Shown piece by piece: positions 1 through 8,989 of a stretch of DNA of 64,000 nt. Position 1 is the stretch's first letter. Every line of letters begins with the position of its first letter. This DNA comes from an uncultured Ruminococcus sp. GTDB taxonomy: Bacteria; Bacillota; Clostridia; Oscillospirales; CAG-272. Below the pieces are notes generated by a model. The model did not search any database, was not told the DNA's origin, and saw nothing but the letters and a program-made list of their open reading frames with translations. Made by a program: the position numbers and the translations under genes. Location: contig CAZVQC010000007.1 in assembly GCA_964629225.1 (NCBI GenBank), positions 1,675-65,674 on the forward strand. The letters run 5' to 3'.

Positions 1-522
1 GTGGCGAAGATCCTTTTTTTCGATGGTACGGGTCTTGAATTCGCCATATGGCTCACCCTTTCGGAAACTCATTTCGGACACGGTGGTGCCGTTCGAAGAG
101 ATGACTTCGAAATACTCTGAAGAATACTGTGTCGCACAGGAGCCGAGGCCGTTCAGTCCCAGTGAGTACTGATAGACACTGTCATCTTCGTTATTTGAGT
201 ATTTTCCGCCGGCGTAGAGCTCGCAATAGATAAGTTCCCAATTGTAGCGCCCTTCCGCCTCGTTGTATCCGAGGGGAACGCCGCGCCCGTGGTCTTTTAC
301 CTCGATGGATCCGTCAAGAAATACCGTGGTGATGATCTCATCACCATAGCCCTCACGTGCCTCGTCCACGGAGTTTGAGAGGATTTCGAAATAGGAATGC
401 TCACATCCGTCAAGCCCGTCCGAGCCGAAGATGACCGAGGGTCTCAATCTGACTCTGTCGGCGCCCTTAAGGGCTTTTATCGATTGGTCACTGTAGTTGT
501 TTTTTTTCTTCTTATCAGCCAT
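1..522 (-). CDS. Type IIA DNA topoisomerase subunit B (GyrB/ParE family), N-terminal GHKL ATPase part; C-terminal part runs off the window start
   Basis: Absent from the ORF track because it is open at the window edge. My reverse-complement translation from ATG at 520-522 gives MADKKKKNNYSDQSIKALKGADRVRLRPSVIFGSDGLDGCEHSYFEILSNSVDEAREGYG...YSLGLNGLGSCATQ. It has an N-box-like EILSNSVDEA and a GLxGxG ATP-lid motif. Confidence 0.8.
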   Translation of the reverse strand, partial: MADKKKKNNYSDQSIKALKGADRVRLRPSVIFGSDGLDGCEHSYFEILSNSVDEAREGYGDEIITTVFLDGSIEVKDHGRGVPLGYNEAEGRYNWELIYCELYAGGKYSNNEDDSVYQYSLGLNGLGSCATQYSSEYFEVISSNGTTVSEMSFRKGEPYGEFKTRTIEKKDLRH

Positions 523-539
523 TTTTACTTCCCATTGGT

Positions 540-1226
540 TCAGTTTTGTTCCATTACCTGCTCTCCGCTTGAATGACCGTCAAGGGAGACGATGTAGTTG
601 GTTTTGTAAGTCAGCTTTGCCTCGGCGCCGGAGGTGTCCTCAAGGAAGACCTTGAAATTGTAGCAGAATACACCGTTGTTTTTGACGGTCCCCTGGTACT
701 CGACCTTGTAGGGGAGTCCTGTTGCGGCGTCTTTTTCTCCGTGTTTCGTCATGAACGTGGCTGCGGCCTCGTTGACTGTGGCGTTATCCTCGGAAAGCTC
801 GGTGTAGATAACTCCGTTGACGGAAACGTAGTAGTCGACCGTCTCTGAGGGCTTTTCCTCATCCCCCTCTGTTTTTGCGGGGAGTGTCACTCTGAAAAGA
901 TAATACTCACTGCCATCGCTCTGGGCGGTCATGTCATCAGTCTCGATCACGGCACAATCATCGTCGGGGTACTCGCTTGCAAGGGAGTCCTTGAGAAGTG
1001 CGGATGCCTCGCTCCGAGAGTGGCGGATTGGAGCGCTGTCGTCAGTGGTATCGGGCGTGTTTGCGGTGTCCGATGCGTTGTCTGCGGTGTCACTGCCTGC
1101 AGAGTGGTCTTCTGTGGATATGACATTTTTTTCCTCCACGGGCGTTGCTTTTCTGATGAGAGAACAGGATGCGAGGGAAGATATTGCGATGAGAGTGATC
1201 AAGATGACCGAAATTGTTTTTTTCAT
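540..1226 (-). CDS. Predicted lipoprotein, function unknown
   Basis: ORF track 228 aa. N-terminal signal peptide with lipobox (SSLASC), followed by an acidic low-complexity linker. Last gene of the MBOAT/DHHW gene string. Confidence 0.6.
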   Translation of the reverse strand: MKKTISVILITLIAISSLASCSLIRKATPVEEKNVISTEDHSAGSDTADNASDTANTPDTTDDSAPIRHSRSEASALLKDSLASEYPDDDCAVIETDDMTAQSDGSEYYLFRVTLPAKTEGDEEKPSETVDYYVSVNGVIYTELSEDNATVNEAAATFMTKHGEKDAATGLPYKVEYQGTVKNNGVFCYNFKVFLEDTSGAEAKLTYKTNYIVSLDGHSSGEQVMEQN

Positions 1227-1250
1227 TGTAAAAACCTCCGTTAGATACCG

Positions 1251-2483
1251 TTATTTATCGAGCCCCATTTTGAAGAGGCGGAATCCCGATTCGTTTGCCA
1301 ACGTGTCCATGTTGTAGATGAGGAAGACCTTGTTGATATTTTTCTCTCTGCAGAGCTCGGCGGGAGAGCCCGTGTAGTAGCGTAGGTCGATCATCACCAC
1401 GTCATAAGTTCTCGAAAGGAAGGGGACAAGGCTGTGGGCGAAGCTGTCCTTCACCACCAGAACACATTCTCTGTCGGCTCCTTCAAGAGTGATGTCGGTC
1501 TCGGCGGTGTTTCCGTCAAGAAAGACTTTGTATTTATCCTTGGTATCAAGGGCGTTCATGTCGTAGAGACCGTTAATTACCTTTCCGGTGGAGAGAGTCG
1601 AGGTCAGATCCCCGTCTCCGTCAAAGCGGAAAAGCTCGATGGTGTCGGGCTTTGTCCATTTCGTACCTGCCGTGGACCATGTGGTGCCGAAGAAACTGTC
1701 ACTCACCGTCTCGACAGTGAAGTCGTCCTGTGTGAAGATGGGAAGGGAAGCGCTCTCCGCTATCGCTCCGTACGCTCGAAAAGCGCCGAGAGAGGTCCAG
1801 TGGTGGTCGGTCTTGTACATAACGTATTCGCCCTTTGAAAAGGCCTCTTTTATCGGCTCTCTCAGGTCGACGTAGTCAAGCCCCAGCTCCGAGCAGTCCT
1901 TTTTCAAAAGATTCCATGCGGCATCGGATGCATCCGTGCCGTAGGATGGGGGAATAACGTCGGTGACGGTATCCATGGTGCGACCGGCAAATGCGGATGT
2001 CACTTCAATACCGTTTTTGTCGCAGTGCTCCTTGAATGCGGCGATGCTTTCAAGGTTTCCTCTCAGTATCTTTTCGTCCACGGTGTCGTATCTTGTGACG
2101 AGGTAGCCGTCACCGGCGGTGATGACCCCGTTGTTTTGATCCTTAAGAAGGATCTTTTCGCAAGCCGCTTTGAGACCGATGAAGGCATTTCTGAAAGGGA
2201 ACTGATCTGCCACATAGTTCGATATGTCGGTGGCAAACTGCCCACTTGTGACGGCATCAAGCGTGACTTTCGGAGCGGTCTGCAGTGCTCGGTTCTCATC
2301 CTCCGACATCTCCTTGTCCGGGAAGATGAAGAACAGTGCGGTAAAGACGAATATGAAGGAAAGGAACATCGCTACGGTGGCAATATTAGCCGCACGGTAC
2401 TTCGGAGCCTTTTCCTTTTGCAGATCCATGTAAAACTGCTGTTCTTCGTCCGCAGTCATTTCTTTTTGTATCTTATCGCTCAT
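1251..2483 (-). CDS. DHHW-motif protein (AlgJ/AlgX/DltD-like SGNH-type O-acyltransferase partner of MBOAT)
   Basis: 410 aa with one N-terminal TM segment and the motif YKTDHHWTSLGAFRAY. Sits 14 nt downstream of an MBOAT gene, the usual pairing. Confidence 0.7.
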   Translation of the reverse strand: MSDKIQKEMTADEEQQFYMDLQKEKAPKYRAANIATVAMFLSFIFVFTALFFIFPDKEMSEDENRALQTAPKVTLDAVTSGQFATDISNYVADQFPFRNAFIGLKAACEKILLKDQNNGVITAGDGYLVTRYDTVDEKILRGNLESIAAFKEHCDKNGIEVTSAFAGRTMDTVTDVIPPSYGTDASDAAWNLLKKDCSELGLDYVDLREPIKEAFSKGEYVMYKTDHHWTSLGAFRAYGAIAESASLPIFTQDDFTVETVSDSFFGTTWSTAGTKWTKPDTIELFRFDGDGDLTSTLSTGKVINGLYDMNALDTKDKYKVFLDGNTAETDITLEGADRECVLVVKDSFAHSLVPFLSRTYDVVMIDLRYYTGSPAELCREKNINKVFLIYNMDTLANESGFRLFKMGLDK

Positions 2484-2497
2484 GTTCTTCCCTCCTT

Positions 2498-3886
2498 TCA
2501 GAATCTAAAATAGAGAAACGGGTTGTAGGATGAGTTGACGAGATATGCCACGCATATGAGGAGAAGCGCTATGCCGCCGACGGCAACGATCCATTTTGCC
2601 GCCGAGTATTTTTCATAGAGTCGGTAATAGAGTTTTTTCGGATAGGGGGTAGATGCGATGCAAAGGATGAGAAACAGGAGGACGTTTGACAGAATATCAA
2701 AGTTGACGCTTCCGTTTGTGAGGGTCCCCTTTCCGAACATCAGACTGAGGTAGGACATTCCCTTTGACAGATCGTCGAAGGCGAAGAGCCACCAGCCGAA
2801 GAGGATAAGGATGAGGGAGTAGAGATGGGAGAATACGGCGGGTATCTTTTTGAGAGCCTTCATAAGGAAGGTCTTCTCAATAATGAGAATGATGCAATAG
2901 TAGATGCCCCAAAGCACGAAATTCCAGGATGCTCCGTGCCACAGTCCCGTTAAGAACCACACCACAAAGATGTTGAGATACATTCTGAATTTTCCCCGTC
3001 TGTTTCCGCCCAGCGGTATGTAGACGTATTCCCTGAACCAGGTGCCGAGGGATATGTGCCATCTGCGCCAGAAATCGGTGATGCTCTTTGACATATAGGG
3101 GTAGTAAAAGTTCTCTCTGAAGGTAAATCCCAGCATTTTTCCGAGACCAATCGCCATGTCGGAGTATCCGGAGAAGTCAAAGTAGATCTGGAAAGAGAAG
3201 AAGACGATCCCCACCCAGGCTCCGAGAGTGGTATTTGAGTCTCTCATGGACTCCCACACGGCTCCTGCCGAGTTTGCAAGCAGTACCTTTTTTGCAAAGC
3301 CGCATATGAAGGTGCGGATGCCGGACGACATCATCAGGATATTGCGGGGACGGCTCCGCAGTTCTTTGTCCACGTCCTGATATCTTACGATGGGTCCTGC
3401 GATTAGCTGAGGAAAGAGGGTGACGTAGGTTCCGAATGCCACCGGGTCCTTCTGCACGGAGGCATCCATCCGGTAGACGTCAAGCACGTATGACAGCGCC
3501 TGGAACGTGTAGAATGAGATCCCGATAGGAAGAGTAACGTTAATCCCCGGTATCGATATGAAGGGAAGTCTGTTCAAATTCCCGACTATAAAGTTGAAGT
3601 ATTTGAAGAATCCCAAGAGCCCAATGTTGATGATTATCGCAACGATCATTATGATCCGTGCTTTTTTGCGGTCGCTATCCCGATATTTTCCCACGAAATA
3701 TCCGGCAACGTAGTCAACCAAGATCGTGCCGATCATCAGAAAGACGTGGACCGGTTCGCCCCAGCCGTAGAAGAAGAGGCTGACGGCAAGGAGCACGGCG
3801 TTTCTCCACTTGAAGGGCACCGCAAAATACATTATCAGTGTTGCCGCAAAGTAGAAGAACAGGAATTCAAGAGATGAAAAAACCAT
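2498..3886 (-). CDS. MBOAT family membrane-bound O-acyltransferase (AlgI/DltB/PatA-like)
   Basis: 462 aa, polytopic. Carries the MBOAT signature FWRRWHISLGTWFREYVYIPLGGNR with the invariant His. Confidence 0.85.
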   Translation of the reverse strand: MVFSSLEFLFFYFAATLIMYFAVPFKWRNAVLLAVSLFFYGWGEPVHVFLMIGTILVDYVAGYFVGKYRDSDRKKARIIMIVAIIINIGLLGFFKYFNFIVGNLNRLPFISIPGINVTLPIGISFYTFQALSYVLDVYRMDASVQKDPVAFGTYVTLFPQLIAGPIVRYQDVDKELRSRPRNILMMSSGIRTFICGFAKKVLLANSAGAVWESMRDSNTTLGAWVGIVFFSFQIYFDFSGYSDMAIGLGKMLGFTFRENFYYPYMSKSITDFWRRWHISLGTWFREYVYIPLGGNRRGKFRMYLNIFVVWFLTGLWHGASWNFVLWGIYYCIILIIEKTFLMKALKKIPAVFSHLYSLILILFGWWLFAFDDLSKGMSYLSLMFGKGTLTNGSVNFDILSNVLLFLILCIASTPYPKKLYYRLYEKYSAAKWIVAVGGIALLLICVAYLVNSSYNPFLYFRF

Positions 3887-3888
3887 AG

Positions 3889-4116
3889 TTACCTCCCGGA
3901 GCCGTCCCTGTCGGGGGTCTCTGTTTCGGAAAGATCCACCGAAGCCAGTTCTGCGGGCTTGATCTTTCCGTGGACCCGTTCATAGTAGGCGATGTTGGTC
4001 CTTGCCAGATGAAGGACGTAATTGTTCAAGGTCATGCCGTCGCTCTTTGCAACAAGCAGAAGTTTTTTGAGCATCTCTTCGTCCAGTCGGACCTCAAATG
4101 ATACTTTGTTTTTCAC
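3889..4116 (-). CDS. Small ribbon-helix-helix (Arc/MetJ-like) protein
   Basis: 75 aa with a GTG start. N-terminal beta-strand (KVSFEVRLDEEM) followed by two helices. Its stop lies 2 nt before the MBOAT ATG, and its GTG overlaps the TGA of the upstream EamA gene (GTGA). Confidence 0.45.
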   Translation of the reverse strand: MKNKVSFEVRLDEEMLKKLLLVAKSDGMTLNNYVLHLARTNIAYYERVHGKIKPAELASVDLSETETPDRDGSGR

Positions 4117-5153
4117 AGATCGTTTTCTCCTTGATTTGAGTTTTCGGTGGGATCGACATAAGGATGTTTTTTCTTCTTTCGGGGTGTTGAGCCAAAGGAT
4201 ACGTGAAGCTTCTTTGACGGCACCGAAAGGATGAATACGGTGATCAGTATGAGCCCGATGCCCAGGTAGTCCTGCCAGACGAATTCATTGCCGAGAAAAA
4301 CGGAGGCAAGCACCGTGCAGGATACCGGGTCTATGCAGGCTATCATGTTGGCCTTCACCGATCCTATGTCGGAAACGCCCTGCATATAGAGCGTGTAGCC
4401 CACAGCCCCTCCGATGATGACCACTCCGAACACCGCCGCTGCGGCGGGAAGGTCAAAGGGAAGGCGATACTGCCAGGGACGCACCACAAACAGCAGTATT
4501 ATCCCACCGGAGAGCATTCCGAGACCGGTGGTCATGATGCTGCCGTATTTCGGCACGAGTCTTGTGGGAAGAATGGAGTAGAGCACCATTCCGAAGGCTG
4601 CCATCATACCCCAAAGGAAACCTTCTTTCGACATGGCGAGGGAGTGGATATCGGCGTGGGTAGCCAGCATAAAGACTCCGGTGAAGGCTAATACGACGGA
4701 CACCGCCTCGGTCACCTTCGGCGGTCGCATATTCTTGATGCAGACTGCGATTATGATAATTATCGGGGACAGGTACTGAAGCACCGTTGCCGTCCCCGCA
4801 TTGGAGGCGTCTACCGCTTTCAAAAACGTGAACTGACCTAACATCAGCCCCGCAATACCGTAGATGAGAAGTATCAGTGTGTCCTTTTTGCTTTTGAAGA
4901 GCTTTGCGGCGGTGTCTCTGCTTTTAATGAGGGAAAATGCGGTCAGAAGGACACCGGTAACGGTCATTCTGACACAGGTGAGCCATTCTGCGGGATAACC
5001 TCTTTTTTGCATGAGATACTGACCGCAGGTGCTCGATATTGCCCAGAAGAGTGCTCCGGCGACCGTTACGGCGGTACCCTTTGCGGAGTTCCTGCGGACG
5101 ATCTTTCCTGCGAGCCTTTGCTGGGGATGAAGTGCTTGATCTTGTCTTTTCAT
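4113..5153 (-). CDS. EamA/DMT-family transporter
   Basis: 346 aa, about 10 TM helices in two repeated halves. The start codon is uncertain because the N-terminus is basic and unstructured. Confidence 0.65.
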   Translation of the reverse strand: MKRQDQALHPQQRLAGKIVRRNSAKGTAVTVAGALFWAISSTCGQYLMQKRGYPAEWLTCVRMTVTGVLLTAFSLIKSRDTAAKLFKSKKDTLILLIYGIAGLMLGQFTFLKAVDASNAGTATVLQYLSPIIIIIAVCIKNMRPPKVTEAVSVVLAFTGVFMLATHADIHSLAMSKEGFLWGMMAAFGMVLYSILPTRLVPKYGSIMTTGLGMLSGGIILLFVVRPWQYRLPFDLPAAAAVFGVVIIGGAVGYTLYMQGVSDIGSVKANMIACIDPVSCTVLASVFLGNEFVWQDYLGIGLILITVFILSVPSKKLHVSFGSTPRKKKKHPYVDPTENSNQGENDL

Positions 5154-5174
5154 AAAAACCTACCGTGGCGGCAG

Positions 5175-6089
5175 TCACAGAACAAAGAGTTTTATCGGCT
5201 TCACAGCCGACCCTTTTTCAAACTCTTCGACCCTTCCGAGAGCGATGAACTCCCCGTTTCCGGAAAGTCTCACGAGGGTCCCGATGTCAAAACGGGTTCC
5301 AAGCTTGCTCTGATAGAGTTCTGTGCCTCCCTTTATCAGTTTGACGTAAAAACTGTTGATATCGATATTCGGAAGCTCTTCAAACAGGCTGACCGTAGGC
5401 TTCGGCAGCAAGAGTCTCTCTTCAAAACTCATTTCCGACAGCTCCTCCACCGTCACCGCATCCTCAAGGGTGAAGTTCCCGGAGCGGGTGCGGCAAAGGC
5501 TCTTCATGGTGCCGCCGCATCCGAGGGCTTCTCCGATGTCGTTGCACAGGGTGCGGATATAGGTACCCTTGGAGCACTTCACGTAAAGTCGGTAGGTGTC
5601 CTCCGACAGCTTTTCGTATTTTATCGACTTCACCGTAATGGGCCGGGCATCTCTTTTTACTTCTCCCCCGTCCCGGGCGATGTCGCAGAGTTTTCTGCCG
5701 TCCACCTTGAGGGCACTGTACATGGGTGGCACCTGCATGAGGTCTCCTTCAAAATCGCAAAGCACCTTTGCCACCGCATCTTCGCTTGGAACGGTGTCGC
5801 AGGTCTTCAGCACTTCTCCGGTAATGTCCTGAGTGTCGGTGGTGATGCCAAGTTTCAGCTCTGCTACATATTCCTTGTCTTCGGCAAGGAGAAAGTCCGC
5901 AGCCTTGACCGCGCGGCCCAAAAGGATAGGAAGGACTCCCGTCGCCATCGGGTCAAGGGTACCCGTGTGCCCTACCTTCGGCATGTCGTAGAGCTTTCTT
6001 AAAATGGATACTATTTTGTGGGAGGTAACTCCGGCGTGTTTGTTCACGACGAGTACCCCCGTTACCGTAGCCGGTTTGTTTCTGCTCAT
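5175..6089 (-). CDS. truB: tRNA pseudouridine(55) synthase TruB
   Basis: Motif GHTGTLDPMATGVLPILLG plus a PUA-like C-terminus. I trimmed the ORF-track start (6230) to ATG 6087-6089 (MSRNKPATVTGVLVVNK), which overlaps the upstream TGA (ATGA). Confidence 0.9.
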   Translation of the reverse strand: MSRNKPATVTGVLVVNKHAGVTSHKIVSILRKLYDMPKVGHTGTLDPMATGVLPILLGRAVKAADFLLAEDKEYVAELKLGITTDTQDITGEVLKTCDTVPSEDAVAKVLCDFEGDLMQVPPMYSALKVDGRKLCDIARDGGEVKRDARPITVKSIKYEKLSEDTYRLYVKCSKGTYIRTLCNDIGEALGCGGTMKSLCRTRSGNFTLEDAVTVEELSEMSFEERLLLPKPTVSLFEELPNIDINSFYVKLIKGGTELYQSKLGTRFDIGTLVRLSGNGEFIALGRVEEFEKGSAVKPIKLFVL

Positions 6090-7150
6090 TTGGGCATCCT
6101 TTCGTTCTTGTATTCCGCAACGGCCTTTGAAAAAGCGGACACTGCCGCAAGGTAGGCATCCTTCGGAGAGGATGCGGTCAGCGTTGCACCGGCGGCTCTT
6201 TGGTGGCCTCCTCCTCCGAAGGCGGCACACACTGCCGAAACGTCGATGGGGCAGTTCGCCCGTGATGACAGTTTGAATCTTTCTTTGTTTTCGGTATCCT
6301 GTCTCAGAACGAAGGCGACGAGGACGTTTTCAAGTTTTCTCGGAACATCCACCGCTCCGCCCAAGTTCTCGCTTTTAAGACCTTTTGACATTATCTCATC
6401 GGCAGTCAAAAGAACTCCGCAGAGGGATCCGTCCTCAAACAGCTCTGCCTTTGAAGCCACCAGAGCATTCGCTGCCATGTCGGACTCGGTGACGGTGTCG
6501 TGAAGGAGTCTTGATATCTCATCGGCAGCCATTCCGTCGGTGTCGGTTATTATTTTGAGAAGCTCGGATGCGACGGTGAAGGTCTTCGGAGTGGTGTTGC
6601 TGAACTTGAAACTTCCGGTGTCGGAAGTAATGGCTCCGTAGAGTGCTCTTGCGACGTTTCCGGAAAAGAATGCCTCCCCGTCCCTTTCAAGCATTTTTGC
6701 AAGGTCAAATATTATCTCTCCGCAAGCGGCGGCATCCGGAACGATCAGAGCATCCGCATAGGGAGTGCCGGATGAATGGTGATCTATCATGAGATCCGTT
6801 CTCTCTGCGAGATAGGACAGCTCTCCGAGCTGGATAGGAGAGGCGGTGTCCACCGTCACGAGGGTGTCAAAGGGGGCGTCTCCGTCAAAGATGAAAGTGT
6901 CCTCTCCCATTAGGATGGAGAGCCTTTTCGGAACGGCGGAGGGAGCGGCGACTGTGGCGGTCTTTCCCATGGATCTCATCAGCTTGCAAAGTGCCGATGC
7001 GGACCCTATTGCATCTCCGTCCGGGTTGGTGTGGCAGAGGATGAGGATATTGTCGGCGGCGGCAAGTTTGTCTGCAGTCTCTCTGAGAGTCAGCTTCCTG
7101 AATGATCTTTCTGTCATTTTGTCAGTCATCTCCGTCATCCCCGTCGTCAT
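6086..7150 (-). CDS. nrnA: DHH/DHHA1 phosphoesterase, NrnA-type oligoribonuclease/pAp phosphatase
   Basis: Motifs HTNPDGDAIGS, MIDHHSS and GGGHQRAAGA. Canonical position between rbfA and truB. The start is ambiguous among four Met codons (7150, 7138, 7129, 7117). Confidence 0.8.
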   Translation of the reverse strand: MTTGMTEMTDKMTERSFRKLTLRETADKLAAADNILILCHTNPDGDAIGSASALCKLMRSMGKTATVAAPSAVPKRLSILMGEDTFIFDGDAPFDTLVTVDTASPIQLGELSYLAERTDLMIDHHSSGTPYADALIVPDAAACGEIIFDLAKMLERDGEAFFSGNVARALYGAITSDTGSFKFSNTTPKTFTVASELLKIITDTDGMAADEISRLLHDTVTESDMAANALVASKAELFEDGSLCGVLLTADEIMSKGLKSENLGGAVDVPRKLENVLVAFVLRQDTENKERFKLSSRANCPIDVSAVCAAFGGGGHQRAAGATLTASSPKDAYLAAVSAFSKAVAEYKNERMPK

Positions 7151-7490
7151 CGCTGATATCGAGAGTGCCCAAAATGCGTGCTATCTCGACACCGTGCTCC
7201 ACCGAATTGTCGTAGATGAAGGATATCTCCGGAGTGATCCTGAGGTTGAGCTCCTTGGCGAGACGGCTTCTCACGAATCCCGATGCGCTTTTGAGTCCTT
7301 TTTTTATGTCATCGTCCTCTCCGGTGACCGAGGAGTAGAATATCTTTGCGTATTTCAGATCCGCCGTGACGTCCGCAGACGTTATCGTGATCAGTGCTCC
7401 CGACACACGAGGGTCTTTCACCTCTCTCAGTATTGATGAGACCTCCGACGCCACTGCGTCATTGATGCGTTCCTGTCTGAATTTTGCCAT
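7122..7490 (-). CDS. rbfA: Ribosome-binding factor A
   Basis: MAKFRQERINDAVASEVSSILREVKDPRV... with an acidic tail. ORF-track start 7634 trimmed to ATG 7488-7490. Confidence 0.9.
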   Translation of the reverse strand: MAKFRQERINDAVASEVSSILREVKDPRVSGALITITSADVTADLKYAKIFYSSVTGEDDDIKKGLKSASGFVRSRLAKELNLRITPEISFIYDNSVEHGVEIARILGTLDISDDDGDDGDD

Positions 7491-7660
7491 GACTGTCCTT
7501 TCGTCGGGGGCTTTTTTATGAGTCCCCCTCTTAAAGATCGGGATCGTTTCATTATCCCAAACTACTTCAGTTTCCAGTATAGCACAAAATACAGCAAAAA
7601 TAAATACCCGCGAGTAAAAATTATATATTATCAAATTTCTTTAAAATCCGGGAGTTGATA

Positions 7661-7689
7661 TTGAACTTCCGCCTTCGATGTGCTATACT
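7661..7689 (+). promoter_or_regulatory. Predicted sigma-A promoter for the yhaO/yhaN-like pair
   Basis: TTGAAC (7661-7666), 17-nt spacer, TATACT (7684-7689), preceded by the TRTG-type extended -10 (TGTGC). Confidence 0.5.
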
Positions 7690-7759
7690 GTTCACAGAGC
7701 CGGCCTCGGATGCCGTCGGATGAGAGGCATCCCTCGGTTTGGGACACGGCACCAAAAAA

Positions 7760-7818
7760 CGGATCGATGATCAAAACGGTGATCGGGCTATGATCGGATC
7801 GATGATCGGGATCGGATC
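7760..7818. repeat. GATC cluster (8 GATC sites in 57 bp) containing a 13-bp direct repeat CGGATCGATGATC
   Basis: GATC at 7762, 7769, 7781, 7792, 7797, 7804, 7810 and 7815. CGGATCGATGATC occurs at 7760-7772 and 7795-7807. Lies in the leader between the promoter and the ATG at 7847. Confidence 0.8.
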
Positions 7819-7846
7819 CGAAAAAAGACTTACTATCGGAGTGGCT

Positions 7847-8980
7847 ATGATAAGGATACTTCACACCGGGGATATTCATCTCGACAGCCCGTTTTCCGGG
7901 TTGGATCCCCGCAGAGCGGAAATAAGACGCAATGAGCTCAGAGCGGCATTCACGTCCATGATGACCTATGTCAGAATGAACGAGGTCGACATCCTTTTGA
8001 TCGCAGGAGACCTTTTTGACGGGGACTTTGCGACAAGAGAGACCGTCGGGCTGATAATCAGAGAACTTGAAAAATGCCGTGCGAAGGTCTTTATTACGGC
8101 GGGAAATCATGATTTCATCTCCCGGTCCTCCGTCTACTCCAAGGAGGGCATCTTCCCGGAGAACGTGTTTGTTTTCAAGGATGAAAACGTGGAAAAAGTC
8201 TCCCTTGACGAGCTTGGGGTCGATGTCTACGGTTTCAGTTTTCTCTCACCCTATTTGTATGAAAACCCGATAGTGGGGCACCGAGTCGAAAATGAGGACA
8301 GGCTGAATCTTTTGGTCTGTCATGCGGATACCCGCTCGGCATCCTCGGCTTACTGTCCCATCGATGAAAAGATGATCTGCGATTTCGGAGCGGATTACAC
8401 AGCCCTCGGCCACATCCACAATGCCGGTGACGTGAAGAACGCCGGCGGGCACATCTACGGGTATTGCGGATGCCTTGAGGGCCGTGATTTCGGTGAGACC
8501 GGAGTCAAGGGTGCCCTTTTGGTGGAATGCGACAAGGATGGAGACAACACCGTCATCAAGGCAAAGAGGATCCGTTTTTCCAAGCGCCGTTATGAGAGTG
8601 AGGTGCTCTACGTTGACGGAGCCTCCTCCATGGGAGAGGTGAAGGATGCGGTGGAGAGATTCATCTCCGAGAGAGGCTACGGAGACGAGACCCTTCTCTC
8701 GCTGACTTTGAAGGGTTCGGTCTCTCCGTCTTTAGTCATCAATACCGACACGCTTGCGGAGGATATAGGAGGACTCTTTTTCCTTGAAATATCCGACGGC
8801 ACGGTCCCCGATCCGGAGGGGGATAAGCTTGAAAGCGATGCCACCGTCAAGGGACAGTTCTACAGAGAACTTTTGCCCTATCTTTCCGATGAGAACGGGG
8901 AAAAGAGCGCAGTTGCGGCTGCCGCCTTGCGCTACGGACTCTCGGCACTTGAGGGAGAGAACATAATAGATTTTAACTGA
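7847..8980 (+). CDS. Metallophosphoesterase, Mre11/SbcD-like DNA repair exonuclease (YhaO-like)
   Basis: Motifs MIRILHTGDIHLDSPF, ITAGNHDF and ALGHIH. ORF-track start 7739 trimmed to ATG 7847, which has a GGAG 8 nt upstream. Confidence 0.8.
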   Translation: MIRILHTGDIHLDSPFSGLDPRRAEIRRNELRAAFTSMMTYVRMNEVDILLIAGDLFDGDFATRETVGLIIRELEKCRAKVFITAGNHDFISRSSVYSKEGIFPENVFVFKDENVEKVSLDELGVDVYGFSFLSPYLYENPIVGHRVENEDRLNLLVCHADTRSASSAYCPIDEKMICDFGADYTALGHIHNAGDVKNAGGHIYGYCGCLEGRDFGETGVKGALLVECDKDGDNTVIKAKRIRFSKRRYESEVLYVDGASSMGEVKDAVERFISERGYGDETLLSLTLKGSVSPSLVINTDTLAEDIGGLFFLEISDGTVPDPEGDKLESDATVKGQFYRELLPYLSDENGEKSAVAAAALRYGLSALEGENIIDFN

Positions 8981-8989
8981 GGGGCGACT

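Noticed and set aside
5175-6230. N-terminal extensions of ORF-track models: truB 6230, rbfA 7634, yhaO-like 7739, yggT 14206, lspA 16695, rluD 17212, tpiA 19613, VTC 34070, small Cys protein 36583, yidD 39440, jag 40832, HAD 43036, queG-like 46576, addA 50716, SGNH 56313, aminotransferase 56235, dusB 61395 and ABC 63458.
   Set aside because: The track simply takes the first in-frame start codon. In each case a downstream start is preceded by a Shine-Dalgarno sequence, matches the conserved protein N-terminus, or the upstream start falls inside a promoter, terminator or neighbouring gene.
7679-7689. Recurring 9-mer TGTGCTATA at 7679-7687 (+), 7578-7586 (-), 18367-18375 (+) and 56275-56283 (+), which at first looked like a shared regulator-binding site.
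   Set aside because: In every case it is positioned as TRTG-n-TATAnT, 17 nt after a -35-like hexamer. This is the known extended -10 (-16 region TRTG) of Gram-positive sigma-A promoters, so it is explained by ordinary promoter architecture.
7631-8110. 159-aa minus-strand ORF spanning the rbfA/yhaO-like divergent region.
   Set aside because: It covers the promoter region and the antisense strand of the nuclease N-terminus. It has no motif and no RBS, and the divergent promoter architecture explains the region.
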